A model generated the notes under the pieces. That model saw only the letters and a list, made by a program, of their open reading frames with translations, had not been told where the DNA came from and did no database searches. This document shows positions 50,411-61,720 of a stretch of 64,000 nucleotides of DNA, one piece after another. Position numbers and translations under genes: made by a program. Position 1 is the stretch's first letter, and every line of letters begins with the position of its first letter. The stretch is taken from positions 16,988,001 to 17,052,000 of the forward strand of contig NC_135893.1 of NCBI RefSeq assembly GCF_964194155.1, given 5' to 3'. This DNA comes from Cetorhinus maximus. Its lineage: Eukaryota.

Positions 50411-50851
50411 ATGTTGACAGTGTGAGCCCAGGGTAACGCTTTTTATCAAAAAGGGAAAAAAGAGTTACGTAGATTTTACAGGACAGGAAGCGGCCATTCG
50501 GTCCAACAGGTATGTGCTGGTGTTTATAGTCCATAGAAGTGTCCTCTTTCCATGATCGGGAAGGGGAAGGGCATGAGCTTGTGCTGTGTGATTTTTGTCT
50601 GCTGACTGAGCTGGGAGTATTGGGTTGTTGAGAGGCTGCAGCCAGCCAAGTTTTAATCCATTGAACGTAAATGTCAGGATGATTTGCAGGCTGCAGCTGG
50701 CTCAGCTGCTGGTAAATATAACCTGCCGGATGACTGGGTCTCCGTTATAAAACTGCTGGAGTGCCCACTCACGCCTGTAATAATCTCTCTCTCACTCTCT
50801 CTGATTGCAGATGGTTTGATTCCCCTCCACCCACCCCCCCCGGTCAGAAGG

Positions 50852-51878
50852 ATGGACAGGCCTAACATGCTGACCCAAGCCTCGGTGTTGCCTTTCTCCG
50901 ACCCCAATCACGCCCTCAACATCCTGCAGGGCATCAACGAGTTGCGGGTGGAGGGCAAGTTCTTCGACATGACCCTGTCGGCGGACGGCCAGGATTTTCG
51001 GTGTCACCGGACGGTGCTGGCGGCCGCCAGCCACTATTTCAAGGCCATGTTCGCGGGCCGGCTGAAGGAGAGCTACGCCGAGCGGGTGGAGCTGCACGGG
51101 GTGAAGGCCGACGTCCTGGGCCTGCTGCTGGACTTCTCCTACACCGGCCAGGTGACCGTCACCCAGGGCAACGTGGAGCCCCTGGCCCGGGCCGCCGACC
51201 TCTTCCAGTTCCACTCGGTCAAGGAGGCCTGCTGCGCCTACCTGGAGCGGCAGCTGGACGTGGCCAACTGCCTGGAGATCCAGGAGTTCGCCGAGGCCTA
51301 CGCCTGCCGGGGCCTGGCCGAGAACGCCAAGCGCTTCATCCTGCGCCACATCGTCGAGCTGTCCGAGGAGAAGGAGTTCGAGGCCCTGCCCCAGCGCCGG
51401 CTGCTCGAGTACCTGTCCGACGACCGGCTGCACGTCGACAAGGAGGAGGCGGCCTACCAGCTGGCCCTCCGCTGGGTCAAGGCCGACCCCAAGCGCCGGC
51501 TCCGCTTCTGGCCCGAGCTCTTCGAGCACGTCCGCCTGCCCTTCATCCGCCGCTTCTACCTGCTGGCCTACGTGGAGAGCGACCCGCTCGTCTACTACTC
51601 CCCCCGCTGCCTCCAGCTCATCCACCAGGCCCGGGCCTTCCAGTCCTCCGAGTACGACCGCCACGACTACCCGTGCGAGAGGATGCGGGCCCGGCCCTCC
51701 ACCGGCCTGGCCGAGATTCTGGTGGTGGTGGGCGGCTGCGACAAGGACTGCGACGAGCTGGTCACCGTCGATTGCTTCAACCCGCAGAGCGGCCAGTGGC
51801 GATACCTGGCCGAGTTCCCCGACCACCTGGCCGGAGGCTACAGCATCACCGCCTTCGGCAACGACATCTACGTGACCG
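50852..51878 (+). CDS. KLHL21: Kelch-like protein 21, coding exon 1 (BTB, BACK, first kelch repeat)
   Basis: MDRP...[11 protein letters not shown]...[16 protein letters not shown]...[52 protein letters not shown] matches KLHL21. Donor ACCG|gtaaga, phase 1. Confidence 0.95.
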
Positions 51879-52359
51879 GTAAGAGGGTTTATACCGGAGG
51901 GGGGGGAAGGTTTACATCGGGGCCGGGGCCCGCTCCCAAGAGACTCTCGGCTGGTGAAGTACTTTAGTCTGGTCCCTGTTGCCGTGGTAACGGGACTAGG
52001 CCCAATCCGCCCTCCTCCCATTCAATTAGACATGGTGGGTGTGTATCTCAAACCACCAGCCTTTGATCCCAAGACCCTCCACACCCTGAACCGAACAAAA
52101 ATCCACCTCGGATAACCGTCCAGCAGAGAAGGAGGCCGTTCAGCCCATTGCGGCTGTGCCATCACTTTAAAAGGAGCTATTCTAAATTACTCTTCCGCCC
52201 CCCCCCCCCCCCCCCCCCCATATCTTGAAGGCTTCAGTGGATGCTCAGGAGTGAAATGGTGAAACGAGTTTCAGATTTCTATTAGCCCTTGTGTGCAAAA
52301 TTGCTTCCTGATTTTATTGCTGTAATTAGCTCTTTAATTTTAAGATTGTGCCCCCTTCA

Positions 52360-52790
52360 GATGAGGGACTTGAGTTGTGTGGACTAGAGAAGCTGGGTTC
52401 TACCCCTTGGCGAGGAGAAGATTAAGGAGAGATTTAATAGAGGTGTTAAACATTATGAAGGGTTTTGATCGAGTAAATAAGGAGAAACTATTTCCATTGG
52501 CAGGAGGGTCAGTGACCAGGGAACACAGATTTAAGATAGTTGACAAAACGGCAAAAGGAAATGAGAATTTTTTTTCATACACCAAGTTACGATGATCTGG
52601 GTTGCGCTGCCTGAAAGGGTGTTGTAAGTAGATTCAGTAGTAACTTTCAAAGGGGAATTGTATAAATACTTGAAGGGAAGGAGTTTACAGAGCTGTGGGG
52701 ACAATAAAGCAGGGTAGCGGGACAAATTTGATAGATCTTGGAAAAAGCCTGAGTTAGGCCCAAAGTTGCCCTCTGCTGTAGGATTTTAAG
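52360..52790 (+). mobile_element. CR1 3' fragment
   Basis: RRRLRRDLIEVLNIMKGFDRVNKEKLFPL is typical of the CR1 ORF2 end. Confidence 0.8.
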
Positions 52791-53389
52791 GTTGTCCTGG
52801 ATTCTGCCACTAGAGGAAATCGTTTGTCCCTATCTACCCTATTGAATCTCTTGATCATCCTAAACATCTCAATTAGATCACTTCTCATTCAAGAGTATAC
52901 AAAACAAAGGAGGACTCCCCTGCCCTTTTTATAAAATGATGTGGAAACTCTTCGAGGGCAGACAGGACTCAATTTAATGTCTCATCTGAAAGACAGCATT
53001 TCCAACAGTCCCTCAGTACTGGCATTGGAGTGTCTGCCTGGAGTGTGTGTTCAGGTCCTTGGAGGGGGCTTGAACCCGCAACCTTCTGACTCCAAAGTGA
53101 AAGTACTACCCACTGAGCCACAGCTGACACTTGAGTCAATCAGCTGAAAAACATCTAACAGGATAGGTCTACAAATGCTAGGAAATTTACATGTTTAAAG
53201 CACTCTAGTCCATTAGTATATAGGCCAAGATCAATAGTTTGCACTTGCAATTTGTTTGCAAAGCAAAGTTACCACTATTAATTCAATTTTTCATGCAAAA
53301 CTAAAAGTTAGGCATTATACAAAAGGTGTTCTTAGAACACTTTGCTCTATTGGCTTGAAAGACACCCCAGATTACTTCCATTTTTTCTA

Positions 53390-53705
53390 TTCACTTTACG
53401 GGATGTGGGTTTCGCTGGCTAGGTCAGCATTTGTTGCCCATCTCTAATTGCCCTTGAGAAGGTGGTGGTGAGCTGCCGCCTAGAACTGCTGAAGTCCATT
53501 TGGTGTAGGTACACCCATAGTGCTGTTAGGGAGGGAGTTCCAGGAATTTGACCCAGCGACAGTGAAGGAATAGTGATATACTACCAAGTCAGGATGGTGA
53601 GTGGCTTGGAGGGGAACTTCCAGGTGGTGGCGTTCCCATGTATTTGCTGCCCTTGTCCTTCTGAATGGTAGCGGTCATGGGTTTGGAAGGTGCTGTTTAA
53701 GGAAT
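53390..53705 (-). mobile_element. LINE 3' fragment (partner of the 38185 SINE tail)
   Basis: Homologous to 49625-49925. Its end (reverse complement 'gatgggcaacaaatgctg...catccc') matches the SINE tail. Confidence 0.7.
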
Positions 53706-55604
53706 GTCGGCTGTCGCTTCAGTTTGATACAATTTCTTTGACTTATAAGACCATAAGACATAGGAGCAGAAATTAGGCCATTCGGCCCATCGAGTCTGCC
53801 CCGCCATTCAATCATGGCTGATAAGTTTCTCAACCCCTTTCTCCCGCCTTCTCCCCGTAACCTTTGATCCCCTTACCAATCAAGAACCTTAGAAGACTTA
53901 AACAGATACTTGTGTCTAAACTTCACAGACCAGATGAAATGAACACAACTGTGAACACCAAGCATTTGAAATAAAAATAAAAACTGCTGTAGGCATTTTT
54001 AAAATTAAGGGTAAGAACGTGGGTGTCACAGAAATGTATTGCCCATTCCCGGCCCAAGACAGTTATATTGCTCGTCCTGAGAGAGAGCTTTAGCTTCACA
54101 ACCACACACGGTCAAAACTAAATCCTGTGTTGGTTTCCATTCAGTTGTTACATGGAGACAACCTCAAGGTGATCTTGTTTGTTTTAAAATCTTCTAGGGG
54201 GACAGCTCACTCAGCGTAGGTGGTGAACTGATTGGACTTCAACATTTAAAATGTTTTTTCTGGTATATGGGATAGTTAGGTAGAACTCTGAACATAGGTT
54301 TTAAGTACACCATGCAGTGTGCAGCCAACAGTATAACTGTAGAACGGCTCTGGGGCAGTATTGGACCTGTCCCAGTTTTTGGTCTTGATTCATAGAACCT
54401 TGAGGTTGCTGAAGACCCAGGCACATGGCGACATTGATGGGAAATGCTGCCCTACTATTTCTGTCCTTACTGTCTCAGTGCTCACTCTACATATAGATCA
54501 CGTCAACATGAGCTGGCCATGTGGTTATTTTTACTGTGTGAAATCCTTGTTGAGAATTTATTTTTAACTGGCAGCTACTAGTGAGGCAGCATGTAAATGC
54601 TATTTTCAAGGAGTAAAAATTTCTCCATGATTGTGATTGTGCTGGGGTTTAGTGGGCTATGAACCCCACGTCTGGTACTGCTTTCAGCCCTGGCTCCTGA
54701 GGACGCTATGTTCTGCTGAGGAGCTAAATGCCTGCCGTGTATTTGTGTATGGACTTGTCCACTCAGGGCTTGGGATGCAGCTCCGCACCAGTAAACAGAT
54801 CCTGCGTGGAGGATTGCTGCTCCCTGAGGAGTGAGGGGAATGTTGGAGGCTGAACCTGTTGTGTTGCTGGAGTCTGACAGAGTAGTACACCCAGCCCTGA
54901 ATAGGTCCCAGGTTTGTGCTGAGTTGGCTGGTCTCAGCCAGAGTTCCTGCTGCTAATTGTCTTTCAGACCTGATGTCAACAGTGTTCTGCATTTCATAAA
55001 CAAGATCACAGAGGTAGAGGGTAAATAGGGAAATGATCAATCTTTATAAAAGGCAATGACTAGGTCACTAGCAGCACTGATTACAGGGAGTCACTTAAAA
55101 GATGAGAGCTTTGATGCCAGAGATGATGAACCATGGTTGTGAGGAGAAACCGGAGATACTGGGGTACTCCATTGAAGCAGAAAAAGCCAAAACATTTAAA
55201 AGGTTTTTAAAATTGAGTAGTTTTATAGAGTGAACAGGGAAGGACTACTTCTAACTGGGGGAATCAGTGATTAGGGTCATCAATTTATAATTGTTTCTCA
55301 GAGAGAGGATAGAATTCAGGAAAAGTTTCTTTACACAGAAGGGCAATTGGACAATGAACTGCTTTGCTCCAGGGAGTGCTGGAGGCAGAGACCATTGCAT
55401 TTTTTTTTTAAGGAGAAAATTGGATTAATATTTGAAGCAAGGGAAGATATGGGGAGAGTGGGATGGAGTTTGGATTTCTCCAGCCAGCACAGACATGATG
55501 GGTAAAATGGCCTCTTTCTGGGCTGTAAATTATGGAGAGTGTTAGTTTGACCATTGAGCTTGGCAGCGATGCTGCCACAGTCAGATGGCCCACCTCGGCC
55601 CATC

Positions 55605-56020
55605 AAAGACTTACATTTTTATAGCACCTTTCACGACCTCAGGATGTCCCAAAGGACTTTACAGCCAATGAAGTACTTTTTGAAATTAGTAATTTTCTAA
55701 TGTAGGAAATTTGCACACAGCAAGATCCCACAAACAGCAATGTGATAATGACGAGATAATCTGTTTTAGTGCTGTTAATTGAGGGATAAATATTGCCACA
55801 GTACCAGAGATAGCTCCCCTGCTGTTCCTCAAAACAGTTCCATGGGGTCTTTAACACCCACCTGAGAGGGTATGCAGGGCCTTGGTTTAAAATCTCATCC
55901 GAAGGGCGGCACCTCCAATAGTGCAGCACTCCATTACTGGCACTGGGAGCGTCAGACTATAAGCCTGTGGAGTGAGACTTGAGCCCACAACCTTCTGACT
56001 CCAAGGTGAGAGTGCTACCC
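55605..56020 (-). mobile_element. Deu-domain SINE, near full length
   Basis: Well-preserved family core and tail, homologous to 20100-20555. Confidence 0.8.
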
Positions 56021-56038
56021 TGGCATAAAGAACGGCCA

Positions 56039-56253
56039 ACAGAAAATGCTGGAAAAACTCAGCAGGTCTGACAGCATCTGTGGAGATGCATTAACGTTTT
56101 GAGTCTGTATGACTCTTCTTCAGAGCTCATGCAGTCATACAGACTCAACGTTAACTCCACTTCTCTCTCCACAGATGCTGTCAGACCTGCTGAGTTTTTC
56201 CAGCATTTTCTGTTTGTATTTCAGATTTCCAGCATCCGCACTATTTTGCTTTT
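56039..56253. mobile_element. Palindromic Penelope-derived short element with a 14-bp imperfect TSD
   Basis: Perfect inverted arms acagaaaatgctggaaaaactcagcaggtctgacagcatctgtggaga / tctccacagatgctgtcagacctgctgagtttttccagcattttctgt. Flanks ataaagaacggcca and atgaagaatggcca. Confidence 0.85.
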
Positions 56254-56331
56254 ATGAAGAATGGCCAGCCACCTGGTCATGGGAAGGAAAGGATCAGTCA
56301 GTGAGTGTTGTGTCTGTTTTTTGTCTAACAG

Positions 56332-56737
56332 GTGGTTCTGATGGGACATCGCTGTACGACTGTGTGTGGCGTTACAATTCCAGCGTGAACGAATGGACTG
56401 AGGTTTCGCCCATGCTGCAAGCCCGGGAATACCATAGCTCCGTGGTACTCAAAGGCCACATCTACATTATCGCCCATGACAGCCTGGAGCGCTACGATCA
56501 CAGTATCGACAGCTGGGAGGCCCTGCAACCTATGCCCTTCCCCATGGAGAACTGCTCGAGTACAGCCTGCCGGGGCAAACTCTATGCTATTGGCACTCTC
56601 GCTGGCAAAGAGTCGATGGCCATTCAGTGCTACAACCCTGAGACTGACTCCTGGAGTGTCGTGGTTTGCGGCTCATTGCCTCCATGGTCGTTTGTGCCAA
56701 AGACGGTGACTCTCAATGGACTGATCTACTTTGTGCG
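56332..56737 (+). CDS. KLHL21: KLHL21 coding exon 2 (kelch repeats)
   Basis: [36 protein letters not shown]...[21 protein letters not shown]. Boundaries ctaacag| and |gtgagt, 406 nt. Confidence 0.95.
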
Positions 56738-57739
56738 GTGAGTTTAAATGGGTTGCACTGTGTGGTATAAAGAGCTGGCTGTAAATAAAGGCGGTGTCCA
56801 TAAACAGGAGCGCCATAAACCTTTGGGAGTGAGGCTTACCCTGTACTCCTGTTGTTGCTCCACAACCATGTGCCATCTACACATCTGGACCTCGCCTTGG
56901 TCTCCGTGCATCATAAGTGAGTTTCAGGCCAAGAAACTCTGCTGGCATCACAACCTGATCCTATTTGTCTGCCAGCTCCATGTATACGTGCACTTCCCTT
57001 TCTCTTCTGTCCACATGCACGCATACACAGACATGCACTGTTCAGCTTCCCTTCCCTTGATAGTTTCACAGATATACATGGATGTGACTAGATTCACTCC
57101 TGATTAAGGAGACTGGTGTGTCTACTCTTAGATGACTCAAAGTCATTATAGATTCCCCGTTTCAGTGGGAGGCACAGGTATGATGGGCCAAATGACCTCC
57201 TGACTCTGATGTGTGGACGCTAATTTGATTTCACAGGGTATGTGATGTGGAATAGACATCCAGTTGTTTTCAGTATTCAACAGATCGCTTTCAAATGGCT
57301 GAGCCACGTCATAAATCAAGAGCTTCCAGCAACCCTCCCATGGAAGATGGTTGTGACATTTACATCAGTGACTCATCCACTTGCATCATTCCAGCTGTCT
57401 ATTCCACTTCCCTCCCCGTGCCCAATTCTAGCAACAGTCTTCCAGAATTTTCTGAAGTAGTCTTTGAACACCATTTGCTCTGGTGATGAAACTACAGCCC
57501 ATGATCCTTGAGGCCTACAACCTTGGCCAAGAAATTCTATTGTATTTGCATCTCTCTCTTTATCAACTAATTTGTTTAAATGTAATTGGCCTGGAGGTTT
57601 GGGAACAGCTGGGGCAATCTTGGAATTGCTTCCTCATTGATGTAAAGAAAGGACTTGCATTTGTATAGCACCTTTCAAGGCCCAGGGACATCTCAAAGCA
57701 TTTACAGCCAATTAATAATTTAAAGTATAGCCAATTTTA

Positions 57740-58050
57740 TAATCATAGAACAGTACAGCATAGAAGGAGGCCATTCAGCCCATTATACCTGCCCTGGTTC
57801 TTTTGAAGTGCAATCCAGCTGGTTCCACTCCCCCACTCATGCCCCATATCCCTGTAAATTTTTCTAGTATTTATCCAATTCCTTTTTTTGCAGGTTCTTA
57901 TTGAATCAGTATCCACCACCACTATATCAGTGCTTTCCAAATCCTGACCACTCGCTGCATGAAGAAGTTTTTTACTTCTTCTCTCACCTACCTTAAATCT
58001 ATTCCCTCTGGTTATCAAGTCTTCAGCCATTGGAAATAGTTTCCCATTAT
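57740..58050 (-). mobile_element. CR1 3' fragment
   Basis: 'atcatagaacagtacagcatagaaggaggccattcagccc...' is a CR1-type 3' end. Similar copies lie at ~5660, 12775, 25600 and 58550. Confidence 0.75.
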
Positions 58051-59589
58051 TTACTCATTGCTAGGAATTGTTGACTAAATTCTAACTCTGAATGCCAAGG
58101 TCTGTTGGTATCAGCAATGTGACATGCCTGGGAGTTAAACGGTAACAGGGATTCAAACGTTATCTGTGACCTGTGTCTATTCTGTTCACCCAAATGACCC
58201 AATGAAGACATGAATCTTGGACACAGCAGGATGATCAATGGTGAAGCTCAATCTGTGCTTCCTGTTACCTGCTCCCCCCCCGACCCCATTATTGTCCCAG
58301 ATGAGATCAGCTAACATAGTCATGAATCAAAGTGGAACCTGGGCTAGGGGCTGTGAAGCCTGGAATATAAAACCGTTTCATATTGGAACAACTCTGACTG
58401 AGTGACACAGGGTGCCTGGTTTCCATTGATCAGACTGGGTTTGTGGACTTCAATGTTTGGTGGAATTTTTGTCTGCAGTCAAATGGCCCTTGATCCTCTC
58501 AGTTACCCGTTTCTTTTTAACGTATAACAGCTGTGCCTGTTTCATGGAATCATGCAGCACGGAATCATGCAGCACAGAAGGAGACCATTCAGCTCATCAT
58601 TCTGAAATCAGTTCTTTGAAAGAGCTATCCAATTAGTCCCACTCCCTTGCTCTTTCCCCATTGCCCTGCACATTTTTCCTTTTCAAATATTTGGCTAGTT
58701 CCCCTTTTTGAAAGTTTACTATTGAATCTGCTTCCGCTGCCCTTTCAAGCAGTACATTCCTGATTGTCACAACTTATGTTTTTAAAAAGCGTCTCCTTGT
58801 CGCCGCTCCTCTCTGTTAAATGTGGAAGGGAGCAGGAGCTGCCACACCACCTGCTGCTGTCAGACACTGACTGAATAAACAAGTGGACCCAAATTACATA
58901 GGGACAGGGGAGTTTGTTTTCAGACGTCAGCAACAACTGTTACCTAATCATGTTGTTTGCTGCGTAAATTCTGATTCATTTACTTTATTTGCCTGCTTTC
59001 TCCCACTCTCCTGAAGGTGATGACTCTGTGCTTGGTTTCGATTTCACAAGTGCCGGTACCTTACCCAAATATCCACTGCCTGGGTGTGAGCCCAAACACT
59101 TGAGTGTCCATGGGCAATTGGATCACAGGAGGGCTGTATAGCCAAGCCTGAACCTGACATCCACGCACAGACTGGGGTAGGAGGTGCCTTAGGAATGGGG
59201 ACCCTGTGTTTTCCAACTCCTCGCCCTCTCAAAATAAGGGTGTCAAGGTCAATTGTAGCATCATTAACACCACTTAGGCAGGATTGACTAACTTAGAACT
59301 GTACTGACCAAGCTGAAGAGGAGAGGAGATGCACTTTAAGTGGTAGGGTGAAGGTCATTTTAAACTATTCCAAAATTACCATTTCACTGATCTCATCAAC
59401 TCCCAAAAACCATTTGTGAAGACATTGTATTTCTACTGCTGCTGACAGAGTTTGATTTTTAATTTCCTTACCCGTGTTTAACCTTCTGTAGGTGACACTG
59501 AATCTTGAGTGTGAATAATTTTTTTAATAAATTGCATCTAGCATTTTAGTTTTGGTGCCACAGAATCGTGTGCATTTTTGGTGATGCTG

Positions 59590-60175
59590 CGAATAATAAC
59601 ACCAAAACAGATTATCTGATCAGTTATCTCATTGCTGTTTGCGGGAACTTGCTGTGTGCAAACTGGCTGCTGCATTTCCCAACATTACAACAGTGACTAC
59701 ACTTCAAAATGACTCCATTGGCTTCAAAGCAATTTGGGGTGTCCCAAGGCTGTGAAAGATTCTATATAAATGCAAGCCATCCCCCCCACCACCGGGAATA
59801 GGACAAAATACCAGTAAGGTATAAAAATGGACCCTGAATGGTCTTGACAAAGTGGACGTGGAAAGGATGTTTCCTCTTATGGGTGAGCCCAGAACTATGG
59901 GGAACTGTTTTAAAATTAGGGATTGCCTTTTTAGGACCGAGACGAGGAGAATTTTTTTCTGAGGGTTGTGCGACTTTGAAACACTCTGCCTCAGATGACG
60001 GTGATTGAATGTTTTTAAGGCAGAGGTAGATAGATTCTTGTTAGGCAAGGGAATCATAGGTTATGGGAGGTAGATGGGAACGTGGAATTTCAAACACTCC
60101 GATCAGCCATGATTTTAACGAATGGCAGAGCAGGCTCGAGGGGCCGAATGGTTGTCTTCTCCTATTTTGTATGTT
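59590..60175 (+). mobile_element. Deu SINE 3' half (~59590-59775) followed by a CR1 3' fragment (~59820-60175)
   Basis: SINE core and tail 'gtgcaaactggctgctgcatttccc...gaaagattctatataaatgcaag', then CR1 'GLDKVDVERMFPL' and its 3' UTR. Confidence 0.75.
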
Positions 60176-60307
60176 CATATTGAAGAGTTTTATGTGGAGT
60201 GTCTGTATGTGGATACACATATTTGTCAAGGTATTATGCCCCTGGTTATATACTGATAGCATTTGGGCTGATTGTTAAACCCTAGTCTTTTTCCCTTCTC
60301 TCCACAG

Positions 60308-60380
60308 GGATGATTCTTCAGAGGTCGATGTGTATAACCCAATAAAGAATGAATGGGACAAAATCCCGCCCATGAATCAG
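60308..60380 (+). CDS. KLHL21: KLHL21 coding exon 3
   Basis: (R)[24 protein letters not shown]. Boundaries ctccacag| and |gtacga, 73 nt, phases fit. Confidence 0.93.
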
Positions 60381-60743
60381 GTACGAGAGTGGTGGGTGTG
60401 GGTGAGTGGTACAGTAAAGGGATTGTGACCAGCTGCAGTAAAATCAGACAAACCTTTGCGTTAGTTTTGGAATGAAGTGGTAGCTGGGCGGGGTGGGAGG
60501 GGAGAATGGGGGTAAGGTGGAGTGAAGGGGCTGGGATGTAGACCTGGGAGGAGGTGGTCGAGGTAGGGAGGGACAAGAGTATTGGAGGGATTTGAAAACC
60601 GCGATGAGTATTTTTTAAAAAATCACTGCTTGAATGGTTGAGGTGTTTTGGTTCCGTATCCCCCTCCTCCCAGTCTCTTGAGCAGTTTAGGATATTTCCT
60701 TGTGCTGATTGTGTATGTCAATCTTGTTTTTTCTACACTGCAG

Positions 60744-61049
60744 GTCCACGTTGGGGGCAGTGTTGCGGCTCTCGGGGGGAAGTTGGTTGTCTCCGGCGGC
60801 TACGATAACACGTTTGAACTATCTGACATAATCGAAAGCTACAATTTTCAGACTGGCATCTGGAGCATTGTGGGGCGACTCCCACAGCCCACTTTCTGGC
60901 ATGGGACTGTCAGTATCTTCCGGCAGTTCATGCCCACTGCCCGGGTTACCTTCGAAGGGACCATGAACGACAATCATAACAATGAAATAAATGTCCTGAA
61001 TCTGGCCCGATATCGAAGACACCTTCACAATGAGAACCTCCGCCTATAG
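60744..61049 (+). CDS. KLHL21: KLHL21 last coding exon
   Basis: [33 protein letters not shown]...[21 protein letters not shown]...*. Acceptor ctgcag|, TAG at 61047-61049. Total CDS 1812 nt. Confidence 0.95.
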   Translation, partial: VHVGGSVAALGGKLVVSGGYDNTFELSDIIESYNFQTGIWSIVGRLPQPTFWHGTVSIFRQFMPTARVTFEGTMNDNHNNEINVLNLARYRRHLHNENLRL

Positions 61050-61434
61050 CACTGACCAGATTGGAGTGAAGGCTGAAACCTGGACAGTGAAACCTGCTCA
61101 GATTTTCACCAAAACCAGCTGGTTTCTAACAGCTCACCATCTAATTGTGAATTGCACATGTCAACTGGACAATGGTCTTTCCCAGTTTATTTTTTTAAAA
61201 CTTGTCCTTGTTGGACCATAAGCAGTTAACTGCTCCCAGTTAGATTGGGTTCTGACTAAAATTGCTGATGTTGGCAGGGTTCCGCCCATCACTACCTGCC
61301 TCTTGCTATTGGCTGCTGGCTGTGTTTAATCTGGCAGGTTTCACTGTATCTGTTGACCGATTCTGCTGAGTGAGGAGATATGACAGCTTTGTCTCCTCCC
61401 TTGGACATATGCTTGTTACAAAGCATTGGTTAAG

Positions 61435-61720
61435 AAAGAAAGACTTGCCTTTATATAGCGCCTTTATATAGCGCCTGATCGCATCGCAAAAACTCTTCAC
61501 TTGCAATTAATTTACTTTTGAAGTGCAACGATGTAAGATAATGAGGCAACCATTCTGTGCACAGCAAGAACGTATGAACAGCAACGCACTTGATGTGGTT
61601 TTAGTTGTAGTTTGAGGGGAGAATATTGTGGAGGACGGGACCACAGAACTCCCTGTCCTTCAAGTAGTCTACAGGATCTTGATGGTCTATCTGCACAGGC
61701 AGACAGAACCTTAGTTTAGC
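61435..61720 (-). mobile_element. Deu-domain SINE fragment in the KLHL21 3' UTR
   Basis: Homologous to 55605-55900. Confidence 0.65.

Noticed and set aside
50684-50851. N-terminal extension of KLHL21 suggested by the ORF track
   Set aside because: It runs through a polypyrimidine tract and acceptor at 50810, and homology begins at MDRP (50852).
50792-52021. 409-aa antisense ORF and 293-aa alternative-frame ORF over KLHL21 exon 1
   Set aside because: Expected shadows of extreme GC3 codon bias, with no recognisable domains.
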